NCBI GenBank assembly: GCA_045863395.1
Contig: BTVJ01000099.1
Span: forward strand, 1-24,944
Direction: 5' to 3'
Source: Myxococcales bacterium
Lineage (GTDB): Bacteria; Myxococcota_A; UBA9042; JABWCM01; BTVJ01
Length of the DNA: 24,944 bases
This document shows, piece after piece, positions 1-8,334 of this stretch (the first letter of the stretch is position 1; the number at the start of each line of letters is the position of its first letter). The notes beneath the pieces are model-generated. The model was not told the DNA's origin. It did not search any database and worked only from the letters and a program-made list of their open reading frames with translations. A program made the translations under genes and the position numbers.

Positions 1-137
1 AGCACCATCACACAGGCGGACCGTCATACCATCAGGGACGCGGTCCGGTAACAATACGTCTCACCACCGTGATGGAATACGGCGCGTGCTGCAATAGTTG
101 GTGTTCCGATGGCCTTGGGGGAAAGGGAGAGAGGCTC

Positions 138-614
138 ATGACCAGGAGAATAGCCGCGATAGTCTTCATGATCGCCTTGGCAGGATCGAGCCCTGCACAA
201 GCAGGGGCTGGGGTGTCGTTGACCGTCGGAGAGAGTCTCTACGTCGTCGAGAGAGAGCCACTCCGCGGCCCGTTCAGCCTCGAGCTCGTGCCCTCGCTGG
301 GCTGGGATTGGATCAAGTTGGACCTCGGAATCTACGCCACGCTCGAGGAGCTTGAGTCTGGTGGCCGGGATCTCATGTTTCGGCCAGGGGTCCGAGTGAC
401 ACCACCAGTCCCCGTCTACGGGCGCGCGGCATTCAACCTGACGGCAACCAACGGGTTCGATTGGGGGTTTCTGTTGGGCGTGGGATTGGACATACCGCTG
501 ATCCCACCGCTCGGCCTCATCGCCGAGCTGGACACGTTTCTGACTGAGGGGGGGGAGTTCGGCGGCCGGGTCGTGCCTCTGGAGTTGAAGGTGGGCGCCC
601 GCCTCGCCTTCTGA
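138..614 (+). CDS. Small outer-membrane beta-barrel protein (OmpA/OmpW-like 8-stranded type)
   Basis: ATG at 138 after purine-rich GGGAGAGAGG; signal peptide MTRRIAAIVFMIALAGSSPAQA; alternating amphipathic beta-strand pattern; ends KVGARLAF with terminal Phe (beta-signal). Confidence 0.65.
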   Translation: MTRRIAAIVFMIALAGSSPAQAGAGVSLTVGESLYVVEREPLRGPFSLELVPSLGWDWIKLDLGIYATLEELESGGRDLMFRPGVRVTPPVPVYGRAAFNLTATNGFDWGFLLGVGLDIPLIPPLGLIAELDTFLTEGGEFGGRVVPLELKVGARLAF

Positions 615-654
615 GTCCGGAGTCATGGCGTCCCCGCCAGTCCGAACCGCGTAA

Positions 655-811
655 GGAGCCGCTTCACAATTTCCGGATCCATCGAGGAGGTTGATGCGCA
701 CCGCAGGCAGTTCGGCGAGACCGCAGGCAGTGGTGTCCTGTCAAGGTCTCGCTGGGCTGGCTGCGGGATGTAGCGGCAGCCGAATGGCGCCGGTAATTGT
801 GAAGCGGCTCC
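655..811. mobile_element. Non-autonomous miniature inverted-repeat element (MITE), 157 bp, possibly IS5-family derived
   Basis: Left end GGAGCCGCTTCACAATTTCCGGATCCAT (655-682) vs reverse complement of right end GGAGCCGCTTCACAATTACCGGCGCCAT (784-811): 25/28 identical, first 17 perfect; TAA on both flanks (652-654, 812-814); no credible coding capacity. Confidence 0.8.
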
Positions 812-834
812 TAAGCTCTCGCCTTGCACGTCCA

Positions 835-1905
835 CTACGCGATACCGCTCGCCCGCAGCGCGAAGTCCGAGGGGGTGGTGCTCTGGGCGAGGGCCTCCTC
901 ATAGGTGATCAGCCCCTGCCGCATGAGCGCCATGAGAGACTGGTCGAAGGTCTGCATGCCGTAGGTAGCGCCCCCACCGGCGATGGCGTCGCGCAGCTCG
1001 GGGGTGCGGTCCGGGTCCTCGATGAGGTCACGGACGAGCTGGGTGCTGACGAGGACCTCGCACGCGGGGACGCGACCCTGGTCGTCCTTGCGAGGGACGA
1101 GGCGCTGCGAGATCACGCCCCGTAACATGGACGCAAGCTGGGAACGCACCAGCCGCTGCTGCTCCGTGGGGAACACGGCGACCACCCGATTGACCGTCTC
1201 CACGGCGTCGATGGTGTGCAGCGTGCTGATCACGAGGTGGCCGGTCTCCGCCGCGTGGAGGGCCGTCTCGATGGTCGGCAGGTCCCGCATCTCGCCGACC
1301 AGGATCACGTCCGGGTCCTGGCGCAGCGCAGCCCGCAGCGCGCTCGCAAAGCCATGGGTGTCCGCCCCCACCTCGCGCTGGTTCACGACGCTCTTCGCGT
1401 CCGCGAAGTGGAACTCGATGGGGTCCTCGATGGTGACGACGTGCGCCGCGCGGGTCTCGTTGATGTGCTGGACGATGGCCGCCATGGTGGTGGACTTGCC
1501 CGACCCGGTCGCCCCCGTCACCAGGAGGAGGCCCCGCCGCTCGGCGGCGAGCCGCTCGACCACCGGCGGGAGCTGTAGGGCGCCGATGCGCGGCACGTCG
1601 GGCTTCACGACGCGGAGGACGGCGCCGAGGGTGCCGCGCTGGTGGAAGACGTTGGCGCGGAAGCGGCCGATCTCCGGGTGGCAGTAGGACGCGTCCACCT
1701 CGCCATGGACCCGCAGGTGCTCCACCTGGTGGGGCTTGAGGATGGCCTCCACCAAGCGCTGGATCATCGCCTCGTCAAGGCGGGGACCCTGGGTCAGCAG
1801 CGCACCATGGCGGCGGAAGATGGGCGGCCGGTCGCACTTCAGATGGACATCGCTGGCGCCGCTTCGCACCGCGAAGGTCAGGATCACCTCGAACTCTCGT
1901 GACAT
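835..1905 (-). CDS. pilT: Type IV pilus retraction ATPase, PilT/PilU family
   Basis: ASDVHL N-terminal motif, RFRANVF, Walker A GATGSGKSTT, TIEDPIE, LRQDPDVILVGEMRD, AETGHLVISTLHT, GMQTFDQSL; start set at MSREFEV (1905). Confidence 0.93.
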   Translation of the reverse strand: MSREFEVILTFAVRSGASDVHLKCDRPPIFRRHGALLTQGPRLDEAMIQRLVEAILKPHQVEHLRVHGEVDASYCHPEIGRFRANVFHQRGTLGAVLRVVKPDVPRIGALQLPPVVERLAAERRGLLLVTGATGSGKSTTMAAIVQHINETRAAHVVTIEDPIEFHFADAKSVVNQREVGADTHGFASALRAALRQDPDVILVGEMRDLPTIETALHAAETGHLVISTLHTIDAVETVNRVVAVFPTEQQRLVRSQLASMLRGVISQRLVPRKDDQGRVPACEVLVSTQLVRDLIEDPDRTPELRDAIAGGGATYGMQTFDQSLMALMRQGLITYEEALAQSTTPSDFALRASGIA

Positions 1906-1957
1906 ATGGCAGCTCCCGGGCCGGGGCCCCACCATGGAGCGCCGGCAAACCCGTGGG

Positions 1958-1986
1958 ATCAAACCGCCGAAGCCCGAGCCTGTCAA
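1958..1986 (-). promoter_or_regulatory. Putative sigma70-type promoter for pilT
   Basis: Minus strand: TTGACA (1986-1981), 17-bp spacer, TTTGAT (1963-1958), about 50 bp upstream of the start codon. Confidence 0.45.
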
Positions 1987-2098
1987 CTGAGGCATCGCAG
2001 GATGCTCCGCCGTGTTGCTGTCGCTGCGCCCGCCGCCTCGGGCCGGGTCCAGAAGACGGCCCTTTCCAGGGCGTGGCGGAGTGGGGTAGGCTCGGGCC

Positions 2099-3610
2099 AT
2101 GTGGCACCACCGACAGACGTTCGCCGTTTGCGCCGCCCTCGCGGCAGCGCTCCTCGCCGGGCCCGCGTGGTCCGTGCCCCCGCCGTTCATGCCGATTCAG
2201 GGGGTGCTGCGCGACAACGCGGGCCTCGTCGTGTCGCAGGGCACGTTCGCGATGACGTTCGCGCTGTATGGGGCGGAGGGGGACGCCGCGCCCGTGTGGA
2301 GCGAGACCTGGCCGCCCGGGGGCGAGAGCTGCGCGCTGGTCCCCGACCCGTGCGTCGCTGTCCAGGGCGGGGTGTTCACGGTGCTGCTCGGGACGCACGT
2401 TCCGCTCGATCCGCAGATCTTTGCCGCCGCGCCCGAGCTCTGGCTCGGCGTTCGCGTCGAGGGGGAGCCGGAGCTGCCGCGACGGCGCCTCGGGTCCTCC
2501 GCCTATGCGCTGCACGCCGCCACCGCGGGGGAGGCCGCCGGGCTCGCGTGCTCCGAGTGCGTGAATGCGGGCGCTCTCGGGTTCCCCGCCGCGGCCGGCG
2601 ATGTCCACGGGGGCTCTGCGCTGCACGCGCTCTCCGCCGACACCGCGGCTGGGCTCGACTGCCAGGGGTGCGTGCCGATGGGGGCGCTCGGCGACGACGT
2701 GAAGGCGGCCATCGCTGCCAGCGCGCCAGGACCCGGCGACCTTCCGCACGACGGCCTCGACGAGGTGTCGAACGGAACGTTGACGAACCACTTCGCGATC
2801 ACGGCCACGAGCACCGACACGCCCAAGACGGTGCCCGGGTTCTGGTTCGATCCGACGGTGTCGAAGCTCCAGGTGCCGGACCTCGGGGTGACGACGACCT
2901 TCTCCGTGACCGTGAACATCGCGCACCCGCAGCCGCAGCAGCTCGTCGTCGTATTGACTCCGCCGGCCGGGCTCGGCACTCCCGTGACGCTCCACGCGCT
3001 CGGTCCCGGCACGCCGGGCGGCCTGTCGGGCACCTGGCCGACGGAGCTCACGCCGGCGTCCGGCTCCCTGGAACAGTGGGTCGGCACGAACCCGGCGGGC
3101 GAGTGGACGCTCGGGGTCAAGGACGAGCTGCCGCCCGGCGACGACGGGACTCTCCAATCATGGTCCCTCTCTTTCGATTACCTCTCGTCGCAGGTCGTGA
3201 AGGCGACCGGCGACCTGTCCGTGGCAGGGGACGTGGCCATCGGCGGCAGCGTGGCCTGCAATGGCTGCGTCGGAGAACCCGCGCTCGCCACCGGCGTGCG
3301 CTTCCCGGGGGTCCTCGTGGCATCGACGAGCATCTCGGGGTGCAGCGGCAATGGCGGCTGGTCGAGCTCCTTCACCGTGCCGGCCGGCGCGACGCACGCC
3401 CTCGTCTGGGCGACGGGCGGGACGGGTGCCCAGGGTCAGTCCTGCGGCCTCTCGGGGGTACTCATCCCGGGCGGTGGTTCGCTGTGGTGCCGCGACACGG
3501 GCAACGTGTCCCAGAGCGTGACTCTGTCCCTCGGCTGGGGGACGTGCAGCGGGTCCTACCTCTCGGGGTACGGCACGAGTATCGGCGGCACCATTCGCTG
3601 GTACCGGTAG
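2099..3610 (+). CDS. Secreted surface/fibre-like protein with proprotein-convertase P-domain
   Basis: Signal peptide (ALAAALLAGPAWS); N-terminal IQGVLRD...FALY...WSE...GVFTVLLG...WLGVRV...RRRLGSSAYALHA module typical of secreted fibre/collagen-like proteins; repeated LxCxxCV motifs; P-domain pattern VTVNIAH...LVVVLTPP...AGEWTLGVKD...GTLQSWSLSF; GC3-rich codon usage. Confidence 0.8.
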   Translation: MWHHRQTFAVCAALAAALLAGPAWSVPPPFMPIQGVLRDNAGLVVSQGTFAMTFALYGAEGDAAPVWSETWPPGGESCALVPDPCVAVQGGVFTVLLGTHVPLDPQIFAAAPELWLGVRVEGEPELPRRRLGSSAYALHAATAGEAAGLACSECVNAGALGFPAAAGDVHGGSALHALSADTAAGLDCQGCVPMGALGDDVKAAIAASAPGPGDLPHDGLDEVSNGTLTNHFAITATSTDTPKTVPGFWFDPTVSKLQVPDLGVTTTFSVTVNIAHPQPQQLVVVLTPPAGLGTPVTLHALGPGTPGGLSGTWPTELTPASGSLEQWVGTNPAGEWTLGVKDELPPGDDGTLQSWSLSFDYLSSQVVKATGDLSVAGDVAIGGSVACNGCVGEPALATGVRFPGVLVASTSISGCSGNGGWSSSFTVPAGATHALVWATGGTGAQGQSCGLSGVLIPGGGSLWCRDTGNVSQSVTLSLGWGTCSGSYLSGYGTSIGGTIRWYR

Positions 3611-4308
3611 GACTGTGTCCGGAAGTTCCAGGCGGCTCCGGCGTTCGCGGTGCATGGCGTGACCGAGTATGTTCCGCGCATCCTGCTACGACCACAGCAC
3701 CGGTTCGCCGGTATCGGCCGCGTAGAGTCGGAAGATTCAAGGGGAGTGGTGACAGGCGACCCCGCGCTGGTTTCACGCGGGCTGTCAGTCTCCTGCGCCG
3801 TAGACAGCCCCGACGAGCGGCGGTGCAGCCCAGACCGCGGGCAGGAGCTCTTCGTCGTCTATGACCCGGCACTCGGGTGATCGGCGAGCGAAGCGCTGGC
3901 CCTGCTCGAGAGTGATTCCTACGCGCCCTCTCGGGGCGTGGCGAGCGAAGACCGCAGTGACCCATGCTGTCGGCAGGGAGGCCATCATGGTGGATGTCGA
4001 CGCCGCCGGCCATCCCGCGGTCTCGCGCCCGGGCCGCGAGGCGCCCGAGAGGCCCCGCGAGATGCCTCGCGAGACGTCTCCGGTCTGCTCGATGGAGCCA
4101 CGCCGTACCTGGGAATGCCTGCCACCGCTGGGAGGGGCCGTTCGTGACTGGTCCATCGCGGGCTCTCAGCGGATTGGCTCCCGCGTGGCCAGGCCACGGC
4201 CGCAGCGCGCCCTCGTCAAAGCACTCCCTTCCCCGTGCCCGCGGGAATGGTCCGCACTCGATGGTCACGCACACGACACCTCGGGTAGGGGGTGGTGTCC
4301 TGCCCCTG

Positions 4309-4614
4309 GGGCAAGCCCACCGGGCCCTGCTCGAACGTCCGCATCGCCAGCGCAAGGCCAACGAAGCTCGCACGGCCCGCCAGAACCCCATCGTCCGCAG
4401 GATCCTCGACGAGACCTTCGATCACCTCCGCGTTGAAGACGAGAACGGCAACATCCGCAGCGCCATCGCCCGCCATCCCCTCGACCACATCCTCGCCGCC
4501 GCGGGGTCCACCTCCGCGATGGTCCACGCATCCTCTTCCCCATCCTCATCATCAACCACGACGAGCGCCATCACACAGGGGGAGCGTCCTGCGATCATGG
4601 ACGCGGTCCGGTAA
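4309..4614 (+). pseudogene. Probable degraded fragment of a transposase-like gene
   Basis: Frame reads AHRALLER..RQRKANEARTARQNPIVRRILDETFDHLRVEDENGNIRSAIARHPLDHILA, a protein-like helical stretch resembling the C-terminal region of myxobacterial transposase-like proteins (recalled, not searched); no credible start; degenerates after about 4500. Confidence 0.35.
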
Positions 4615-4763
4615 CAGGGATTGACGGCCCCTCACGACGCCAGCCCCGCCCACAGACGGCGGAGACCGGGCGCCCACTTGATCGCGCCACCCAAGGCCGC
4701 TATCGTCAAGCCTTTGCCCCAGTCGCGTCGCCCGTGGCCCGTTGTCGCACCGAGGGAGGCTCC

Positions 4764-5468
4764 ATGGTCCCATTCAGCCGTTTGTCCACACCGCTGAGGA
4801 TCGCCGCCATCGCCGCCGTAGGGCTCGTAGCCAGCGCGGCAGGGTTGACCGGGTGCGCCGCCATGATCGACGACGCCGGACGTGGCGCCGTCACCGTCGC
4901 CAATCGGCAGGCGCTCGCCCCAGCCAGCCGCACTGCCGTCATGCAGGCCACCTGCACGGGGGAGTGCAGCCCGGGCGTCGTGGACGCCACCACGAACCGC
5001 GTCACGGACCTGTTCGTTCGTTCCTGCTGGGACGTCGTCGATGCCCCGGAGCTTCGCCCAGGCACCGCGGGCATGGCCTTCACCCTCCCAGGCGGCAAGA
5101 AGATGGGCATGGACATGGGGCTCGGAGGCTTCACGGCGTCCACGCCCGACGGGGACACCATCGGGATTGGGATCCTCTTCCCGCCCGGAGTCAGCGACGC
5201 CATCGCCGCAGACGCCGCAAAGAAGCGCGGGATCCGCTCCCTGGTGTCGTCGTCGATCTCCGTGGGCGAGCCGGATTCCTACAGCGGCTTCCGCACCGGC
5301 CGCGTCTCGTTCACGGTGGTCGATTTGGACACGCGGTCTACGGTCCTCCGCGGCAGCTTCAGCGGCGTGCTGAACGACCTGAGCAACGGTGACAGCGCCG
5401 TCAGCGGCCTCTTCATGGTGCTCGACTCCGGCATGCGCCAGAACGCGACCCTGTGCCAGGGTCCCTGA
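4764..5468 (+). CDS. Hypothetical lipoprotein
   Basis: GGAGG RBS then ATG at 4764; hydrophobic N-terminus with lipobox LTGC; GC3-rich codons. Confidence 0.75.
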   Translation: MVPFSRLSTPLRIAAIAAVGLVASAAGLTGCAAMIDDAGRGAVTVANRQALAPASRTAVMQATCTGECSPGVVDATTNRVTDLFVRSCWDVVDAPELRPGTAGMAFTLPGGKKMGMDMGLGGFTASTPDGDTIGIGILFPPGVSDAIAADAAKKRGIRSLVSSSISVGEPDSYSGFRTGRVSFTVVDLDTRSTVLRGSFSGVLNDLSNGDSAVSGLFMVLDSGMRQNATLCQGP

Positions 5469-5879
5469 TCACCTCGGCACACGCTCCAAGCTCTCACGAG
5501 GGCGTCGATGCACCCCGCGGGCAGTCTGGCGGGGCCGCAGGCTGGGCCGTGTCCTTTCAAGATGCAAGGTCTCGCCACGTTGCCAGCGGGGATGCAGCGG
5601 GGGTGAGACGTCGCCGTCACTGTGATCGTGCACCTCTCTGTCTCCCCGCCCGCAGGTCGTCGCAGTGCCATTTTCGATGCCGGGCCGGGATACCATGCGA
5701 CGCCGTGCGCGGCCGGCGGGGAAGTACAGCCCTGACAACGTGGGGGCCGTGCGCCGGCGGGAGCCCTGCATGGGTCGAGCAAGACTGGCGCAATCGGCGG
5801 GCGCCAGCCGTTCCCCACGGCTAGGAGCCAGGTCTGGAGCGCTGGCGTTGCCGGCGCGCCTGGCGGTACACTGGCGGGC

Positions 5880-6698
5880 ATGAAGTCGTCCACGTCGCAG
5901 ATCGGGTACGTCGTCGATGAAGAGGATCCGCGGGCCCCGTCGCAGGACGAGTGGGACCGCATGACCGAACGCCAGCGGCGAGAGGTGGTCTCCAGCCTGC
6001 CGTCGGAGTTTTCGGTCGAGGCGATGCCACCCGAGGGGGACCTCCACCACGACGCCACCGACTCGATCCGGGACACGCTGCGCGGCTACTTTCGGCGTAC
6101 CCGGGCGGGCATCTACATCGGCTCCAACCTCGCCGTCTACTATCCCGGGGAGCGCGTGTTCGCGCCTGACATCATGGCGGTCACCGGCGTGGATCCCCAT
6201 CCGCGTCAGACGTGGGTCGTGAGCGACGAGGGCAAGGGGCTCGACGTTGCCTTCGAGATCCACTTCCTGGGGAACGCCCACAAGGATCTCCGCGCCAACG
6301 TCGCGCGGTACGCGCGCTTGGGGATCACAGAGTACTTCGTGTTCGACGCGCGGAAGAAGAAGCTGCTCGGCTACCGGCTGCCGAGTGATCGTCAAGGGCC
6401 GTACCAGCCGATCCCGTCGGTTCGCCTCTCGCTCCAGTCGGAGGTCCTCGGACTCGAGCTGGCCCTCGTGGGCGACCGGGTCCGCTTCTATCACGGCGGA
6501 GCGATGCTACCGGACCATGACGAGATGATCGCAAGGCTCGACGGGATGGTGGATGCTCTGATGCTCCGCGCCGAGGAGGAAGCCCGCCGCGCCGAGGAGG
6601 AGGCCCGCCGCGCCGAGGAGGAGGCCCGCCGCGCCGATCTGGCGGAGCAGCAACTTGCCGAGGCCCTCGCCGAGCTTCGGCGCCTCAAGGGACCCTAG
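5880..6698 (+). CDS. Uma2 (DUF820) family PD-(D/E)XK endonuclease-like protein with C-terminal coiled coil
   Basis: MPPEGDLH, NLAVYYPG..FAPDIMAV, AFEI, YARLGITEYFVFD, SEVLGLEL motifs; AEEEARR tail. Confidence 0.9.
   Translation: MKSSTSQIGYVVDEEDPRAPSQDEWDRMTERQRREVVSSLPSEFSVEAMPPEGDLHHDATDSIRDTLRGYFRRTRAGIYIGSNLAVYYPGERVFAPDIMAVTGVDPHPRQTWVVSDEGKGLDVAFEIHFLGNAHKDLRANVARYARLGITEYFVFDARKKKLLGYRLPSDRQGPYQPIPSVRLSLQSEVLGLELALVGDRVRFYHGGAMLPDHDEMIARLDGMVDALMLRAEEEARRAEEEARRAEEEARRADLAEQQLAEALAELRRLKGP
6570..6632 (+). repeat. 21-bp in-frame tandem repeat x3 (AEEEARR heptad)
   Basis: GCCGAGGAGGARGCCCGCCGC at 6570, 6591 and 6612. Confidence 0.95.
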
Positions 6699-7086
6699 CG
6701 CTTCCCCTGTTGTCGAGGGCGGCCAGACAGTCCTCCAGGTCGACCTCCTAGAGGCGGCGCAGCTTCAGCAGCACGAAGAGCGTTGCGGACGGCCTAATGA
6801 TGGTTGCTCGGGCCCCCGTCGCCAGCACGACGAGCTCCTGGTCCCAACCGGGTACTGCTCGAACGAAGAAGTCGGCGGTAGAGTTGACCGCTTCGACGGG
6901 GAGGCCGGTGGCGTCGGCGAGCTCGAAGAGCTGCAGCCGCTGGCTCGGGTCGTCCAGTCCCAAGAGGTCGACGCCCTCGGTCATCCGTCGCGGTCTGAGC
7001 CACAACGCTGCCACGGCCCTACCCACGAGCAGCCACCTCCCCACCAGGCGGTCGGCCGCGGTCTGGATGAACGCCTCGAGCCGCAC
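6685..7086 (-). pseudogene. Nucleotidyltransferase (DUF6036/AbiEii-like) pseudogene
   Basis: WLLVGRAVAALW..RRMTEGVDL resembles the NTase GG...RxTxDxD motif with substitutions; in-frame TAG at 6748-6750 interrupts LLKLRRL*EVDLEDC (K..R...D..D motif); frame continues to TGA at 6685. Confidence 0.6.
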
Positions 7087-7119
7087 CCTGTCGAGTCAGA
7101 TGGAGACGGCGAAGCGCCG

Positions 7120-8334
7120 TCAGGGCACATCTCCCCCGACCGCAGTCTCAAGCGCCGCCCGCGCCGACCAGGCCGCGGCGCGCGCAACGATGGCCTCCCG
7201 CTCGGCCTCCAGCAGCTCGCGGCGCAGGACGAGGACCTCCGCCTGGCGGATCTGGCCGCGCTCCCACGCGGTGCGGAGCAGTGTGAGGGCCTCGTGGACC
7301 GGGGGCAGATCCTCCGCAGCGAGCCGGGCCTCGTCCTCGGCCGCCACGAGGCGCGCGTGGGCCGCCCGGATGTCGGCCTCCACCTCCGCCGCGAGGGCCG
7401 CGAGGGCCGCCTCGTGGGCTGCGGCCTCGGCGCGGGCCGCCGTCGCCTCCTCGGCGCCCGTGTCGAAGGCGGGCAGGCGCAGCGACAGGGTGATGCCTGC
7501 CGTGTGCTCGGCGCCGTCCAGGTCCCAGAAGGCGCCGACACCCAGGTCGGGGGTTCGGCGGCTGACTGCCAGATCGGCGCGGGCGAGGGCCTCCGTGCGG
7601 GCTGCTCGGAGCGGGGCCAGGTCCGGGTGGCGCTCCCGGGCCTGCGCGACCAGGGCGTCGATCCCCCGATGCCTGGACGTCATCAGGTCGCCGGCGGGCT
7701 CCACCGGGCTCGCGCGCCCGATGGCCCCCCCGAGGGCCACGCAGGCCACGTCCAGCTCTCCCCGCGCGGCCGCGAGCCGCCTCCTGGCGCGAGACCGCTC
7801 GATGCGCGCCATGGCCGCCTCCACCTCCGGCGCGTCACCGGCGCGCACCCGCCGCTCCGCCACGGTGACGAGGGCCTCCGCCAGCTCCACCTCGCCCGCC
7901 GCGAGCGTGGCCAGCTCCCGGGCACGCAGGGCGTCGCCGAAGGCCACGCGCACCCCTGCCGCGACCCGGGCCGCCTGCGCCACCCCGTCCGCAGCAACGC
8001 CCTCCGTGCGGGCCTCAGCGGCGGCCACCCGCAGCGCGCCCCGATCCACGAGCTCCAACCCTTGCGACAGCTCCAGGCCCACCGCGGGCCCAACCTCCGA
8101 TGTCTCCGCGTCTACGAGCACCCCACCGCGCACCCCCAGCTCCGGGTCGTGGGGGTACACGCCAGCAGCCCGCTCCCCAGCCCGCGCGGCCCCACCGGCT
8201 GCGGCGGCGGCCTGGGCCGCGGGATGGCGCGTCGCCTCGGCGAGCGCCTGCTCCAAGGTCAGGCGGTCCCGCGGCCCCTCGTCCGCGCGAGCGCTCCCCG
8301 CGAGGCCCACAACGATCAACCACACCCACCTCAT
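7120..8334 (-). CDS. czcC: TolC/CzcC-family outer-membrane efflux channel
   Basis: Start MRWVWLIVV overlaps the czcA stop (ATGA at 8331-8334); LTLEQALAEA..HP, ELSQGLEL, RRVRAGDAPEVE, TPDLGVG, LSLRLPAFD OEP motifs. Confidence 0.88.
   Translation of the reverse strand: MRWVWLIVVGLAGSARADEGPRDRLTLEQALAEATRHPAAQAAAAAGGAARAGERAAGVYPHDPELGVRGGVLVDAETSEVGPAVGLELSQGLELVDRGALRVAAAEARTEGVAADGVAQAARVAAGVRVAFGDALRARELATLAAGEVELAEALVTVAERRVRAGDAPEVEAAMARIERSRARRRLAAARGELDVACVALGGAIGRASPVEPAGDLMTSRHRGIDALVAQARERHPDLAPLRAARTEALARADLAVSRRTPDLGVGAFWDLDGAEHTAGITLSLRLPAFDTGAEEATAARAEAAAHEAALAALAAEVEADIRAAHARLVAAEDEARLAAEDLPPVHEALTLLRTAWERGQIRQAEVLVLRRELLEAEREAIVARAAAWSARAALETAVGGDVP

Noticed and set aside
1906..2190. 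N-terminal extension of the pilT ORF to 451 aa (similar extensions for tam, czcC and dnaE2)
   Set aside because: Extensions overlap neighbouring genes or promoters; internal starts match family N-termini and mostly have an RBS or coupled stop.
5469..5866. Intergenic region with short hairpins as a possible ncRNA or riboswitch
   Set aside because: Only short stems (e.g. AGCCGT/ACGGCT) and no recognisable family motif.
6748..6750. TAG as programmed read-through or pyrrolysine codon
   Set aside because: Other catalytic-motif substitutions in the same ORF favour simple decay, and other genes here use TAG as a normal stop.
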